A stretch of DNA of 64,000 nt from a bacterium (GCA_030429765.1 JAUIER010000010.1:34162-98161); one strand, 5' to 3'. Shown: positions 9,565 to 19,582, counted from the first letter of the stretch. Made by a program: numbers and translations. Notes: generated from the sequence alone by a model not told the origin.

Positions 9565-11031
9565 ATGAATAAATTTATTGATTCGTTGCAGGGGTCATTA
9601 GGCTCTTCGGCACCGGGCGTGATCGGCGCGTTGGTTTATCTCATCGTCGGGATTGTCATCGCGAATATCGTCAAGGCCGTGATTAAAAAAGGAATGGGCA
9701 TCTTAAAGCTTAATGAGCGTTTCAATTCAAAGAGCGGTGAAGGGACCAAGGTCGATGTCGAGGGGGGAATCGCCACGGCCGGTTACTTCACGATTTTACT
9801 TATCACACTACTGGCCGTCTTCAATCAATTAGGACTTGAAGTCGCGTCACTTCCGATTCAATCACTTACCACCGACATCCTAAATTACATTCCGAACGTC
9901 ATCGGCGGGGGAGTTTTACTACTCGTTGCATGGCTTTGTAGCACGATTGTCAAACAAATCGTTACCGGAACATTGGGAGCGACTAGTCTTGACGAAAAGG
10001 TCAGCAGTGAGGCCAAGCCGCTAAGCGAGACAATTGGTGAGATTTCATATTGGTTGATTTTCTTGGTGTTTCTTCCGGGAATCCTGGGTGTATTCGGGTT
10101 GGAAGGACTATTGGAACCGGCCCAGACAATGGTCGACAAAATTTTGGGAATGATTCCTAACATTTTGGGAGCTGGTGTGCTGATCTTTGTAGGGTGGTTA
10201 ATCGCACGTATCTTGCGTGATATCGTGACAAACGTTCTGGCGGCGTCGGGGATTGATAACCTGGGCGAAAAGGCCGGCATGAACGAGAAAACCAAGCTGT
10301 CAAAGGTTGTCGGATTGGTTGTCTACTTCTTTACATTGATTCCGGCGATTATCTCCGGTTTGAACGCGTTGGAAATCGCGGCGATTGCTGATCCGGCGAC
10401 GGATATGCTGGGATCGATCATGGATATGATTCCAAACATTATCGGCGCCGTGGCGATTATCACGATTACGTATTTCGTCGCTCGTCCGGTTTCAGCCCTT
10501 GTGGGTAATATCCTAAGCGCGGCGGGCTTTGACAATGTCCCGACAAAATTAGGTTTCGAGAATGTCAAACAAAGCGCGTCACAGGCGACGGGAAAAATCG
10601 TCTTTTTCTTCATGATGCTCTTCGCCACGGTTGAGGCGTCGAATCAGCTGCAATTTGAACAATTATCATACTTGGTCGCCATGTTTATCCAGTTCGGCGG
10701 GCAGGTCTTATTAGGAAGTATGATCATTGCCGTCGGGCTCTGGATTGCCAACCTCGCCGGAGATGCCTTAAACAAGGCGGACAAGGATGGTCATACGCCG
10801 ATCGCTACGTTAGTGCGTGTCGTGATCCTTGGTTTGGTTCTGGCCATGGGACTTCGGTCGATGGGATTAGCCAATGACATCGTTAACATGGCGTTTGGAA
10901 TCACTCTGGGCGCGGCCGCGGTTGCCTTTGCGTTATCGTTTGGTCTTGGGGGACGTGAAGCCGCCGGCAAGCAAATGGAGATCTGGCTGGAAGATCTTCG
11001 CGGTTCAAGTAAGCGTACCAAAAAAAGCTAA
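9565..11031 (+). CDS. integral membrane protein built of 5-6 'conserved TM helix' (TM_helix/MscS-N-like) repeats
   Basis: RBS AAAGGAG; recurring ~45-aa modules (IPNVIGGGVLLLVAWL…, IPNILGAGVLIFVGWLIARILRDIV…, IPNIIGAVAIITITYFVARPV…) each a TM helix plus short amphipathic tail; no MscS beta domain. Confidence 0.6.
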   Translation: MNKFIDSLQGSLGSSAPGVIGALVYLIVGIVIANIVKAVIKKGMGILKLNERFNSKSGEGTKVDVEGGIATAGYFTILLITLLAVFNQLGLEVASLPIQSLTTDILNYIPNVIGGGVLLLVAWLCSTIVKQIVTGTLGATSLDEKVSSEAKPLSETIGEISYWLIFLVFLPGILGVFGLEGLLEPAQTMVDKILGMIPNILGAGVLIFVGWLIARILRDIVTNVLAASGIDNLGEKAGMNEKTKLSKVVGLVVYFFTLIPAIISGLNALEIAAIADPATDMLGSIMDMIPNIIGAVAIITITYFVARPVSALVGNILSAAGFDNVPTKLGFENVKQSASQATGKIVFFFMMLFATVEASNQLQFEQLSYLVAMFIQFGGQVLLGSMIIAVGLWIANLAGDALNKADKDGHTPIATLVRVVILGLVLAMGLRSMGLANDIVNMAFGITLGAAAVAFALSFGLGGREAAGKQMEIWLEDLRGSSKRTKKS

Positions 11032-11069
11032 ATAGTTGGCAGTAATCATAAAAACAGGAGGTTACAACA

Positions 11070-11474
11070 ATGGCAGCATTAGAAGAAATTGAAGGAATCG
11101 GCCCTAGCTATGCGGAAAAATTAAAAGCGGGCGGCATCAAAACGATCGAACAATTGCTTGATGAAGGAAAGACACCGGCAGGCCGAAAAGCCATCGCCGA
11201 GAAGACATCCATCGGTGACAAGCAAATCCTTAAATGGTTAAACCGCGCTGATCTGGCCCGGATTAAAGGTGTCGGCGAAGAGTACGCAGATCTTCTGGAA
11301 TGCGCGGGTGTGGATACCGTTCCGGAATTGGCACAGCGAAATGCCGAAAATCTCACCGCCAAAATGGCTGAGGTGAACGAAGAGAAAAATTTGGTCAGAA
11401 GTTTACCATCACAAAAAGTAGTTGAAGGATGGGTAGCCCAGGCCAAAGAATTACCACGCGTTATCACATACTAA
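11070..11474 (+). CDS. DUF4332-family helix-hairpin-helix protein
   Basis: Two HhH-like modules (IEGIGPSYAEKLKAGGIKTIEQL; IKGVGEEYADLLECAGVDTVPELA) matching DUF4332 architecture. Confidence 0.55.
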   Translation: MAALEEIEGIGPSYAEKLKAGGIKTIEQLLDEGKTPAGRKAIAEKTSIGDKQILKWLNRADLARIKGVGEEYADLLECAGVDTVPELAQRNAENLTAKMAEVNEEKNLVRSLPSQKVVEGWVAQAKELPRVITY

Positions 11475-11496
11475 AAACCAGTTTGGGTTTCTGAAA

Positions 11497-11527
11497 GGGC
11501 GGTCATGCTTATGGCCGCCCTTTTTTG
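11497..11527 (+). terminator. rho-independent terminator
   Basis: GGGCGGTCAT-gctt-ATGGCCGCCC 10-bp stem (one mismatch) followed by TTTTTTGTGG. Confidence 0.75.
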
Positions 11528-11639
11528 TGGATTTGATCAACATGACGGCACAGGTGGATGAAAGCAGTAGACAGAATCCGGCTTTGCCGATAGAATAAGC
11601 CCGATTTCGGAATAATTTACAAGAAAAGGGAGGACTTTA

Positions 11640-12020
11640 ATGTTGCATCGAAAGTCGATGACGCTGATCGTCATTGTCGCATTGCTGCTTTCCGGAGTGA
11701 GCTTCGGGTTTATGTTCAAGAAAAAGAAGATCGATCCGGTATATCTCACGGCAGAGCAATTGGCCCAATACGACGGGAAAAACGGCCAACCGATGTATGT
11801 CGCGGTCGATGGTAAGATCTATGACCTCACCAAGTGCCGGTATTGGAAGGACGGAGTTCATGACAAAAGTCCGCAGGCCGCCATCGCCGGACGCGATCTC
11901 ACTGAGGTTCTTAAAACTTCCAAGCACGGAATCAAACGCGTGACACGCTATCCGCATGTCGGATTTCTGGTTGACTCCGTCGATGATATCCCTCAAAAAG
12001 AATCCCAAACTGATGAATGA
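11640..12020 (+). CDS. membrane-anchored cytochrome b5-like heme/steroid-binding domain protein
   Basis: N-terminal TM; LTAEQLAQYDGKNGQPMYVAVDGKIYDLT…GRDLTEV matches Cyt-b5 domain pattern. Confidence 0.6.
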   Translation: MLHRKSMTLIVIVALLLSGVSFGFMFKKKKIDPVYLTAEQLAQYDGKNGQPMYVAVDGKIYDLTKCRYWKDGVHDKSPQAAIAGRDLTEVLKTSKHGIKRVTRYPHVGFLVDSVDDIPQKESQTDE

Positions 12021-12777
12021 AGTCCCTGAAACGCCAAAAAAGAAAAAACTAAAAGAGATCCCGGAGCTGCTGGCGGTTTCTAAGAAGGCCGGAAAGGCGA
12101 TTAAGGATTTCAATCTCATTAAGGCCGGAGACCGCATTGCGGTCGCTGTGTCGGGAGGGAAGGATAGTATTTCCCTTCTCCATATATTACGCCATCGTCT
12201 CAAAAAGAGTCCGGTGAAATTTGAATTTGTGGCGGTGCATATTGATTTCGAACTGTCGGATTTTGATCCTCAGGGGTTGATTGATTATCTCAAGCGGCAT
12301 GATTTTCCCTATATCGTCGAGACCGTCGACTGGATGAAAGGTCAGAATTATGATGAGATCGGCTGCTATTGGTGGTCACGCAACCGGCGCAAGGCCTTGT
12401 TTCAGCTGTGTGAACGGGAGGGGTTTAACAAGATCGCGCTGGGGCATCACATGGATGACATTGCCGAGACCATTATCCTTAATCAGTTCTATCGCGGTGA
12501 GGTCGGGGCGATGCGTCCGAATCAAGAATTATTTGAAGGGGAGATCACGTTAATTCGGCCGCTGGCATATGTGCGGGAGGATTTCATGGTTGAGCTGGCC
12601 GACAAGCTGGGGATTAATTCGATCGGCGGTCAATCTAAATGCGCCAATGATGATACCTCGCACCGGATGATTATCAAGAAAATGCTGCGGGACTTTGAGT
12701 CGCATAATCCCGACGTGGTGGTCAATATTTTTAACAGTCTTAGGCGGGTGCGTACGGACTATCTCATCGATCCATAA
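12013..12777 (+). CDS. ttcA: tRNA 2-thiocytidine(32) synthetase TtcA (PP-loop ATPase)
   Basis: PP-loop SGGKDS; IALGHHMDDIAETIILNQFYRGEVGAMRP and LIRPLAYVRE blocks characteristic of TtcA; overlaps upstream gene end. Confidence 0.75.
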   Translation: MNEVPETPKKKKLKEIPELLAVSKKAGKAIKDFNLIKAGDRIAVAVSGGKDSISLLHILRHRLKKSPVKFEFVAVHIDFELSDFDPQGLIDYLKRHDFPYIVETVDWMKGQNYDEIGCYWWSRNRRKALFQLCEREGFNKIALGHHMDDIAETIILNQFYRGEVGAMRPNQELFEGEITLIRPLAYVREDFMVELADKLGINSIGGQSKCANDDTSHRMIIKKMLRDFESHNPDVVVNIFNSLRRVRTDYLIDP

Positions 12778-12781
12778 ATAT

Positions 12782-13372
12782 ATGAGTTTGACGACGGACA
12801 TAATTGATTTTTGGTTCGAAGGCGTTGATGATTCGGTCAAGATTCAGAAAAAGCGCATGCCGTTTCGAAAATGGTTTCGATCAACACCTCAATTCGATGA
12901 GGAGATTCGACAGCGCTTTGAGCAATCCTTTCAAACGTTTATCGCGGATCCCGGCCCTGATTTGGATGCCAGGGACAAGCTTGCCGGGATTATCCTGTGT
13001 GATCAGTTGTCCCGAAATATGTTTCGCCATTCGCCGGAAGCCTTTTTGGGTGATATGCAGGCGCAACGCTTAGCCATCGAGCTGATCCGCACCAGCGAGG
13101 ATCGCGCGCTTTATTTGATCCATCGTGTCTTTGTGTATATGCCGTTGATGCATGCCGAGGATTTATCGCTGCAATGTCAATCGGTTAACAGCTTTACCCA
13201 ATTGGTGGAGGACAGTTCGACCATCAATCCGGAAAATACAGGTTACTATCAGTCTCAGCTGGATCACGCCCGGAAGTATTACAACATAATCAAACAATAC
13301 GGCCGGTTTCCGCACCGCAACAAGATTCTGGGTCGAACCTCAACAGCGGCGGAGCTGGAGTTTCTCTCATGA
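12782..13372 (+). CDS. DUF924-family protein
   Basis: N-terminal IIDFWFEG… and overall length typical of DUF924; start at ATG 12782 (the track ORF begins upstream at 12695). Confidence 0.5.
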   Translation: MSLTTDIIDFWFEGVDDSVKIQKKRMPFRKWFRSTPQFDEEIRQRFEQSFQTFIADPGPDLDARDKLAGIILCDQLSRNMFRHSPEAFLGDMQAQRLAIELIRTSEDRALYLIHRVFVYMPLMHAEDLSLQCQSVNSFTQLVEDSSTINPENTGYYQSQLDHARKYYNIIKQYGRFPHRNKILGRTSTAAELEFLS

Positions 13373-14031
13373 TCCGGCGCGTAGCCAAAGTTTTGCTGGT
13401 CTTGGCGGCTGTCGGATGCGCATACGTGCTGATGCTGTGGATCTGGTTCGGATCCGTTACGCCAAAGGTCCCGTATGAATTTCAGACGACCGCGGACGCG
13501 GTGGTGATCCTGATGGGAGAGGTCAATGCGGAATTTACCGATCTGGGGCGACAGACCATTCGACGCGTTAATCATGGGTATGATCTCTATCAGTCTGGCC
13601 GGGTCGCCAAAATCTTGTGCGTGGGCGGCAGTCGCCCGAGCCGATCGTTTTCCGGCGCCGCATTAATGCAGCAACGCTTGATCAATAAAGGGGTTCCGGC
13701 GGCGGACATCGTCCTCGAGCCGAAATCCTATGATACCCGGCTGAATATGCGTTTTGCCGCGGAGATCGCGCACGAGCACCAATGGCAGTCCGTGGTGATC
13801 GTGAGTTCACCGCTCCATGTGTATCGTATTCAGCGGATGCCGGCCTTGCGGCATTGGCAGGATATCCAGCTGCATTTTTCCGCTTTTAGGTATGATCAGG
13901 CAAATCCATCGATTACAATGGTCGAGAAGCTCCGTCACGCGCATTATGAGTGGATGTCTTATCTGGTCTACGCCTTGCCGGATTCTATGTATCAGAGGAT
14001 CGTCCGCGGTTTGAGAGAACAGGATTCATAA
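13369..14031 (+). CDS. DUF218 (YdcF/ElyC/SanA-like) domain protein
   Basis: ILCVGGSRPS…YDTRLNMRFAAEIA…VVIVSSPLHVYRI matches DUF218 core; ATGA overlap with upstream gene. Confidence 0.6.
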   Translation: MIRRVAKVLLVLAAVGCAYVLMLWIWFGSVTPKVPYEFQTTADAVVILMGEVNAEFTDLGRQTIRRVNHGYDLYQSGRVAKILCVGGSRPSRSFSGAALMQQRLINKGVPAADIVLEPKSYDTRLNMRFAAEIAHEHQWQSVVIVSSPLHVYRIQRMPALRHWQDIQLHFSAFRYDQANPSITMVEKLRHAHYEWMSYLVYALPDSMYQRIVRGLREQDS

Positions 14032-14778
14032 ATGAGATTGTCAGATTTTATAAAAGTGAGTTCATTCGTCCGATATATGCTGTTGCTTTGCAGCGTACTA
14101 GGCCTATTTCTCGTCGGAGAAAATGTTTGTCACGCAGAAACGACAGTGCTGGATTACAAGGCGTACAAGGTCAAGTCGGGGGAGATCATCGATCACTCCC
14201 GGGCCGTGATCACACCGCGTGATCCCCGAGGGTATGACATTAATTGGTCGATCACCAATGACGAATACACCCATTCGGATCGTTATGTCCTTGATGAAGG
14301 CTGGCGCACGCTGGAGTGGCATATTTATCTCTCTGACAGAGAGATTGATTACCGCGGTTTCAGAGAGGGAAAAACACTGTATCTTTCCGGCGTGTTTGAA
14401 GGCAAGCGCTTTGAGAAGGAGATTAAGCTGAGAAAGGATTTGCCCTTCTTATACAATCCCAAGATAGGTCTAAAAGGTTTCGCCGCCTCGGATCAAGAGC
14501 GTATTGAATTCTGGGGATTCCGGGGAGATAATTTGTCGGAATTTCTGATGAAAGCGGAAAAGCAGGGTGTGGCGTCCGTGCTGATTGACGGCCGGTCACA
14601 TGACGCACTCAAGATTTATTGGGCGGCGACCGGATTGGGGGAGCGTTTTTTCAATCGGGTCTACTATTATCGCCTTTCAGATGGTGAGTTTCTCACACAG
14701 GATCCCACCGACGGGTGGACGATGCATTTAATGGATGCCCGCGATCAAGCGGCGGAGGTTATTATTGATGCCGAATAG
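14032..14778 (+). CDS. secreted hypothetical protein
   Basis: Signal peptide (…ENVCHA|ETT); no recognisable family. Confidence 0.45.
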   Translation: MRLSDFIKVSSFVRYMLLLCSVLGLFLVGENVCHAETTVLDYKAYKVKSGEIIDHSRAVITPRDPRGYDINWSITNDEYTHSDRYVLDEGWRTLEWHIYLSDREIDYRGFREGKTLYLSGVFEGKRFEKEIKLRKDLPFLYNPKIGLKGFAASDQERIEFWGFRGDNLSEFLMKAEKQGVASVLIDGRSHDALKIYWAATGLGERFFNRVYYYRLSDGEFLTQDPTDGWTMHLMDARDQAAEVIIDAE

Positions 14779-15466
14779 TGTTTTAATAACGGGTGTTACC
14801 TCAGGTATCGGCGAACAATTGATGCATCGGTGTCTAGATGCCGGTATGAATGTGACCGGAGTGGTGCGTACCTCGGAACAAAAACAACAGCTGGACGCGC
14901 GGCAGCTGGACAGATTATCTGTGGTGGCGGCCGATTTGTCCGCGGCGGATCAGGTCGAGCGATTGTGTGCCGACCTAGCGGATAAGTCTTTTAGCCATGT
15001 GGTCATGAATGCCGGTTATGCTCAAGTCGGGACATTTGGTGAGCTTTCCGCGCAATCTATTGATGATATGCTGAACGTTAATTTGCGTTCCAATATGCGT
15101 TTGACACACGCGTTGCTGCCCCGGGCACTGAGTCTTTCGACAAAGCTGGTTTTCGTCAGCTCAATGGTCGCACATATGCCGGGCGGGAACTACGCGAGTT
15201 ATGCCGTATCCAAGGCGGGATTGAGTCATTTTTGCCGCTGTCTCCGACGGGAATATCCCACATTGCCGATTTTGTGTATTGAGATAGGTGCGGTGGACAC
15301 GCCGATGCATGAAAAATCAGGTAATCAGGTGACGAATAAAAAGATGTTTAAGTCCAAAGAAAAGATCGTCGGCCGGTTATTTGAGGCCATGCAGCATCAG
15401 ACAGGTGTGAAGACGTTGAGTTGGGATTGGACGGTCATTCGCCGTCTCATCAAAATGGTGGGTTGA
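14768..15466 (+). CDS. short-chain dehydrogenase/reductase (SDR)
   Basis: VLITGVTSGIGEQL Rossmann motif, Y-x3-K (YAVSK) catalytic pair; start could also be 14735. Confidence 0.7.
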   Translation: MPNSVLITGVTSGIGEQLMHRCLDAGMNVTGVVRTSEQKQQLDARQLDRLSVVAADLSAADQVERLCADLADKSFSHVVMNAGYAQVGTFGELSAQSIDDMLNVNLRSNMRLTHALLPRALSLSTKLVFVSSMVAHMPGGNYASYAVSKAGLSHFCRCLRREYPTLPILCIEIGAVDTPMHEKSGNQVTNKKMFKSKEKIVGRLFEAMQHQTGVKTLSWDWTVIRRLIKMVG

Positions 15467-15468
15467 TT

Positions 15469-16203
15469 ATGAAGCAGCGCGTTTTAATTACAGGTGGATC
15501 TGACGGCCTGGGCCGGGCATTGGGACGGTATTATCGTTCGGCCGGTGACGATGTATGGGTGATTGATATTCAGGAACCGAATGCGTCAGAGGGTTTTGAA
15601 TTTGTAGCCATGGATATGTCGGCCTTTTCTGCGGACGCGCTCAAGGCTTTGAAAGATCCATTTGATATTGTGATATGTAATGCCGGGATCAGCGTCAGCG
15701 GTGATTTTGTCACCATTCCGGATGACAAAGAAGATCAGGTGATGGATATCAACTTTACGGGACATCGCCGGTTGATTAAATATCTGTTATCAAAGCAGTT
15801 GATTAATCACAAGGGGCGAATCGCATTCGTCTGCTCAGCGACGCAGTATTTATCATTTCCGATCGCGCTGACCTATAGCGCCAGCAAGGGCGCGATGGAT
15901 GGGTTTGCGCAGGCGCTTGAATCATATTTGACGGCTCAGCAGATCTCGGTGACGCGAATCTATCCCGGCCCGATGAATACGGCGCACAGTAAATACTATC
16001 CGGGCGCGGCGACGGAAGGAGGGCGTAGGCCCGAGCAGTCGGTCCCGTCGATCGTCCGCGGGATTGAACGGCGTAAACGCAAGGTTTGTCCCGATCCGAT
16101 CAGTCGGTTTTACCGCGTTGCCTCGCGGATCGCGCCGCGGCAGCTGGCCCGCAAAACCTATACGTTTTACAAAGACAGGCTTCAGGATGGCGGCGAAGGG
16201 TAA
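15469..16203 (+). CDS. short-chain dehydrogenase/reductase (SDR), second copy
   Basis: VLITGGSDGLGRAL, NAG motif, YSASK catalytic pair. Confidence 0.7.
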   Translation: MKQRVLITGGSDGLGRALGRYYRSAGDDVWVIDIQEPNASEGFEFVAMDMSAFSADALKALKDPFDIVICNAGISVSGDFVTIPDDKEDQVMDINFTGHRRLIKYLLSKQLINHKGRIAFVCSATQYLSFPIALTYSASKGAMDGFAQALESYLTAQQISVTRIYPGPMNTAHSKYYPGAATEGGRRPEQSVPSIVRGIERRKRKVCPDPISRFYRVASRIAPRQLARKTYTFYKDRLQDGGEG

Positions 16204-16681
16204 GTTCACATTCCGAAAGATCCGTCAGACCCTGCCGAACGGAATTGTCAAGACGGTTGAGATGATCGATCATCCCGGTGCGGTGCTGATTGTTCCGTTT
16301 TTATCGCCACGGCGGATTATACTTCTTCGGCAATTTCGGCCGACACTCAACAAATATATCTACGAATTTCCCTGCGGAACGATTGATCCGCGGGAATCAC
16401 CTTTGCGCTGCGCCAAGCGGGAACTCATCGAAGAGACCGGATATGCGGCAACACGTGTGAGCAAGTTGGGCTGTCTGTATCCGGCGCCCGGCTATACCAA
16501 TGAAATCATTTATGTGTATCAGGCTGATCAGTTGACACCGGCTGAAGCCCAACAGGATGATGATGAGATCATTGAAACAATGGTCGTTTCTCGACGAGAT
16601 TTACACAAGATGCTGAAGCAGGGCGACTTACAAGATTCAAAAACAGTGGCCGCCCTCGTGCTCTGCGGTTGGTTGAAATAG
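16187..16681 (+). CDS. NUDIX hydrolase (ADP-ribose pyrophosphatase-like)
   Basis: Nudix box RELIEETGY; N-terminal HPGAVLIVP strand typical of ADPRase; overlaps SDR 3' end. Confidence 0.7.
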   Translation: MAAKGKFTFRKIRQTLPNGIVKTVEMIDHPGAVLIVPFLSPRRIILLRQFRPTLNKYIYEFPCGTIDPRESPLRCAKRELIEETGYAATRVSKLGCLYPAPGYTNEIIYVYQADQLTPAEAQQDDDEIIETMVVSRRDLHKMLKQGDLQDSKTVAALVLCGWLK

Positions 16682-16747
16682 TTTATTATATAAACGCCTT
16701 CTTTAGAAGAGTTTAGAAAAAATCTTAAAATCACTCAAAAAAAAGGC

Positions 16748-16776
16748 TTGTCGGTTTTGAGATTTAACAGTAGAAT
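16748..16776 (+). promoter_or_regulatory. sigma70-type promoter (TTGTCG-17-TAGAAT) for two-component operon
   Basis: -35 16748-16753, -10 16771-16776, 17-nt spacer; same -10 hexamer as the 9305 promoter. Confidence 0.45.
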
Positions 16777-16831
16777 GCCGGCGTAATTTGTTACGGATAT
16801 CATTGATCACTTTTTAGGGGAAAGTGAACAC

Positions 16832-17506
16832 ATGAGAATTCTATTAGTTGAAGATGAAGAAAAAATTGCCAGCTTTATCCAGCGCGGTCTGGCCGAGCAG
16901 CGGTTCACCGTGGATATGGCACCTGATGGCGAGGAGGGACTCTATCTCGCCGAAATCAATCCGTATGATCTGATCATTCTGGATCTGATGCTTCCCAAGA
17001 AAGACGGCATCTCCATTTGCCGTCAGCTCCGTGAACAAAAAAACAGCACGCCCATCCTCATGCTCACCGCGCGTGACGCCGTGAAGGACAAGGTATCCGG
17101 TCTGAACGCGGGCGCCGACGATTATCTTACCAAACCATTTTCTTTTAGCGAATTGCTGGCTCGAGTTCGGGCGTTGCTCAGGCGCGAGCGTAACGAAAAA
17201 GTTGACCAGCTGCGCGTGGGGGATCTCGAGCTGAACATGCTCAATCAGCAGGTCCGGCGGGATAATGAGACGATTACACTGACCAATAAAGAGTATGGAT
17301 TACTGGAGTATCTGATGCTTAATGCCAATCAGATCGTCACCCGCACGATGATTTCGGAACATGTCTGGAAAGAGGATTTCAACAGTTTCACCAATGTCAT
17401 TGATGTTCATATCCGTTATCTGCGTAATAAGATCGACAAAAACAAAAAGAAGAAGTTAATCCACACGGTCCGGGGTACAGGTTATATCTTGAAAGAAGAC
17501 AACTGA
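16832..17506 (+). CDS. OmpR-family two-component response regulator
   Basis: Receiver domain (LLVEDEE…DLILDLMLP) plus winged-helix trans-reg C domain (LTNKEYGLLEYL…VRGTGY). Confidence 0.9.
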   Translation: MRILLVEDEEKIASFIQRGLAEQRFTVDMAPDGEEGLYLAEINPYDLIILDLMLPKKDGISICRQLREQKNSTPILMLTARDAVKDKVSGLNAGADDYLTKPFSFSELLARVRALLRRERNEKVDQLRVGDLELNMLNQQVRRDNETITLTNKEYGLLEYLMLNANQIVTRTMISEHVWKEDFNSFTNVIDVHIRYLRNKIDKNKKKKLIHTVRGTGYILKEDN

Positions 17507-19023
17507 TGGCCCGCCGCGCTGTTCCCGCCGAAAAAAAGCCCCGCGTCAAGTATCACTCCATTACGTTCGAAGTCAGTTTTCTATACAGTCTGATCCTGGG
17601 GATTATTCTATTGATCTTCAGTGGCGTGCTCTACTTTATATTATTCCGTGCCGTCTATACCGAGCTCGACAAAGAGTTGGAACTGACGGCGACGAATATC
17701 AGTTCGTCGATCTACTCATATCTGGAGGTGCGGGGTGAGGAGGCCGAGCCCTTGAAGTTCGCCCTTGGGAAGACCATCGAACAAAAAGAAGAAAAACGCG
17801 TGCGCTGGTGGACCAAGAAGTTTGAGAAGCGCTGGATTAACCGGGTCGACCAGATGGATTTGTCGGATTATTACGTGAGTTTTATCTCAGTGAATCGGGC
17901 CTCGGTCGCGCGTTCGCCGGGGATGCCTGAAGATATGATCGACCTTTTCAGAGAGCAGGTGGATCTGTCGGATCCGGGCGCGACGACATTTTTTTCAATC
18001 AGTTATTCCAACCGTAAACTTCGTGTCATCAATTATCCGTTTTCCTATAAAGGCGAAGACAAGTATGTGATCCAGGTCGGTGTGTATCAGGAGGACATTA
18101 TCGATCTGATATTTAACTGGCTGACATCGGTCATGATCAGCATTCCGGTGATCCTGTTGTTGACGAGTTTTATCGGAAGCCTGTTTGTCCGGCGGATCCT
18201 CAAGCCGGTTGAGGAGACGGCGACCATTGCCCGGCGAATTTCCCGGGAAGATTTGTCTGCCCGGGTGAAAACACAGAATGTCTATAAAGAGGTCAAATAC
18301 CTGATTGATGACTTCAACGATATGATCGACCGTCTGGAGCGTTCTTTTAAACATATTGAGGAGTTCAGCGCGCATGTGGCGCACGAGCTCAAAACGCCGT
18401 TGACGATCATCAAGGGCGAGACGGAGCTGGCGATGCTGGAAGAGCGCTCGGTGGATGAATATAAACGGGCGATGCAGGTCAACCTCGAAGAAGTGGAGAA
18501 GATGCTCAGGATTATCAATGATCTGTTGCTATTAACCAAGCTGGATTATCAGCCGGAGGTGTTTCTATTTGAAACGGTGGAATTCGGCGGATACCTTAAT
18601 GAGATATTGAATCAGTCAAAATTTCTGGCCCAGAAAAAAGATATACAGATCACCACGCATTGGCTTGATCAGCCGGTGGATATTGAAGCCGATAAGGTGC
18701 ATCTTAGACGGCTGTTCTTTAATATTCTCGACAATGCCATAAAATTCACACCGCCTCAGGGAACGATCGATATCCGTGTTGAGCTGGATGATCACCGTAT
18801 CGTCACATCGATTAAGGATTCCGGCCCGGGGATTCCGCCTGACGAGGTGCAAAAGATTTTTGACCGGTTTTTCCGGTGCGCGAACTCCAGTGAACGCGGT
18901 TATGGGCTGGGATTAAGCATCGCGCAGTCCATCGCTCACCTGCATCAGGGCCGCATTCAGGTCGAAAGTGAGCTCGGCGCCGGTACGGTTTTTCATATTA
19001 TCCTTCCTGTTATTCCTTCGTAA
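17506..19023 (+). CDS. sensor histidine kinase (2 TM, HAMP, HisKA, HATPase_c)
   Basis: H-box HVAHELKTPLT; N, G1/G2 boxes (DNAIKFT, DSGPGI, GYGLGLSIA); ATGA overlap with regulator. Confidence 0.9.
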   Translation: MARRAVPAEKKPRVKYHSITFEVSFLYSLILGIILLIFSGVLYFILFRAVYTELDKELELTATNISSSIYSYLEVRGEEAEPLKFALGKTIEQKEEKRVRWWTKKFEKRWINRVDQMDLSDYYVSFISVNRASVARSPGMPEDMIDLFREQVDLSDPGATTFFSISYSNRKLRVINYPFSYKGEDKYVIQVGVYQEDIIDLIFNWLTSVMISIPVILLLTSFIGSLFVRRILKPVEETATIARRISREDLSARVKTQNVYKEVKYLIDDFNDMIDRLERSFKHIEEFSAHVAHELKTPLTIIKGETELAMLEERSVDEYKRAMQVNLEEVEKMLRIINDLLLLTKLDYQPEVFLFETVEFGGYLNEILNQSKFLAQKKDIQITTHWLDQPVDIEADKVHLRRLFFNILDNAIKFTPPQGTIDIRVELDDHRIVTSIKDSGPGIPPDEVQKIFDRFFRCANSSERGYGLGLSIAQSIAHLHQGRIQVESELGAGTVFHIILPVIPS

Positions 19024-19213
19024 TCAACAACTTACAAAATAATTTCATTTCATTAAAAACTTTAATATTTTTTTAATCTTCTCTTAATCTTGCTTTTGGT
19101 ACATTGTGGTCAGTTGAAGGGGAACTTAGCAAAGGAGGTGACCCGGGGAAAACAACATGTCACGTACGCATAAGTCAGAAAATCAAAAAACAAAATTTTT
19201 AGAAAGGAACAAA

Positions 19214-19582
19214 ATGAAAAATTATCTATCTATCATCGCACTAGTTTTCGGATTAATCATCACAGCCGGCGCCGGCGACGTTGCCGCATTGGAAAGCGAA
19301 GCCAACCTAAACGTGCACGGTGTAGTTATTGATATCGATGCGGAGCAAATCATTGTTCAGGAAATCAAAGAAGAGGGTGACCAGATCAGCCAGTTTGAGA
19401 TCGCGATCAGCAAAGACACATTGTTCACGGAAGATACCGGCAGCCAAGACATCACTCAGGGTGACGAAGTTGAGATCGAGTACATTGAGACGGAAAACGG
19501 TAAAGTCGCGATCCAGATCCTGGAAAAGGCGTCACTTGAAGCTGAACTGGAAATGGAATCAGAAATTTTGGAGAAGCTGTAG
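19214..19582 (+). CDS. small highly acidic secreted protein
   Basis: Signal peptide then Glu/Asp/Ile-rich ~100 aa; no known family. Confidence 0.45.
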   Translation: MKNYLSIIALVFGLIITAGAGDVAALESEANLNVHGVVIDIDAEQIIVQEIKEEGDQISQFEIAISKDTLFTEDTGSQDITQGDEVEIEYIETENGKVAIQILEKASLEAELEMESEILEKL

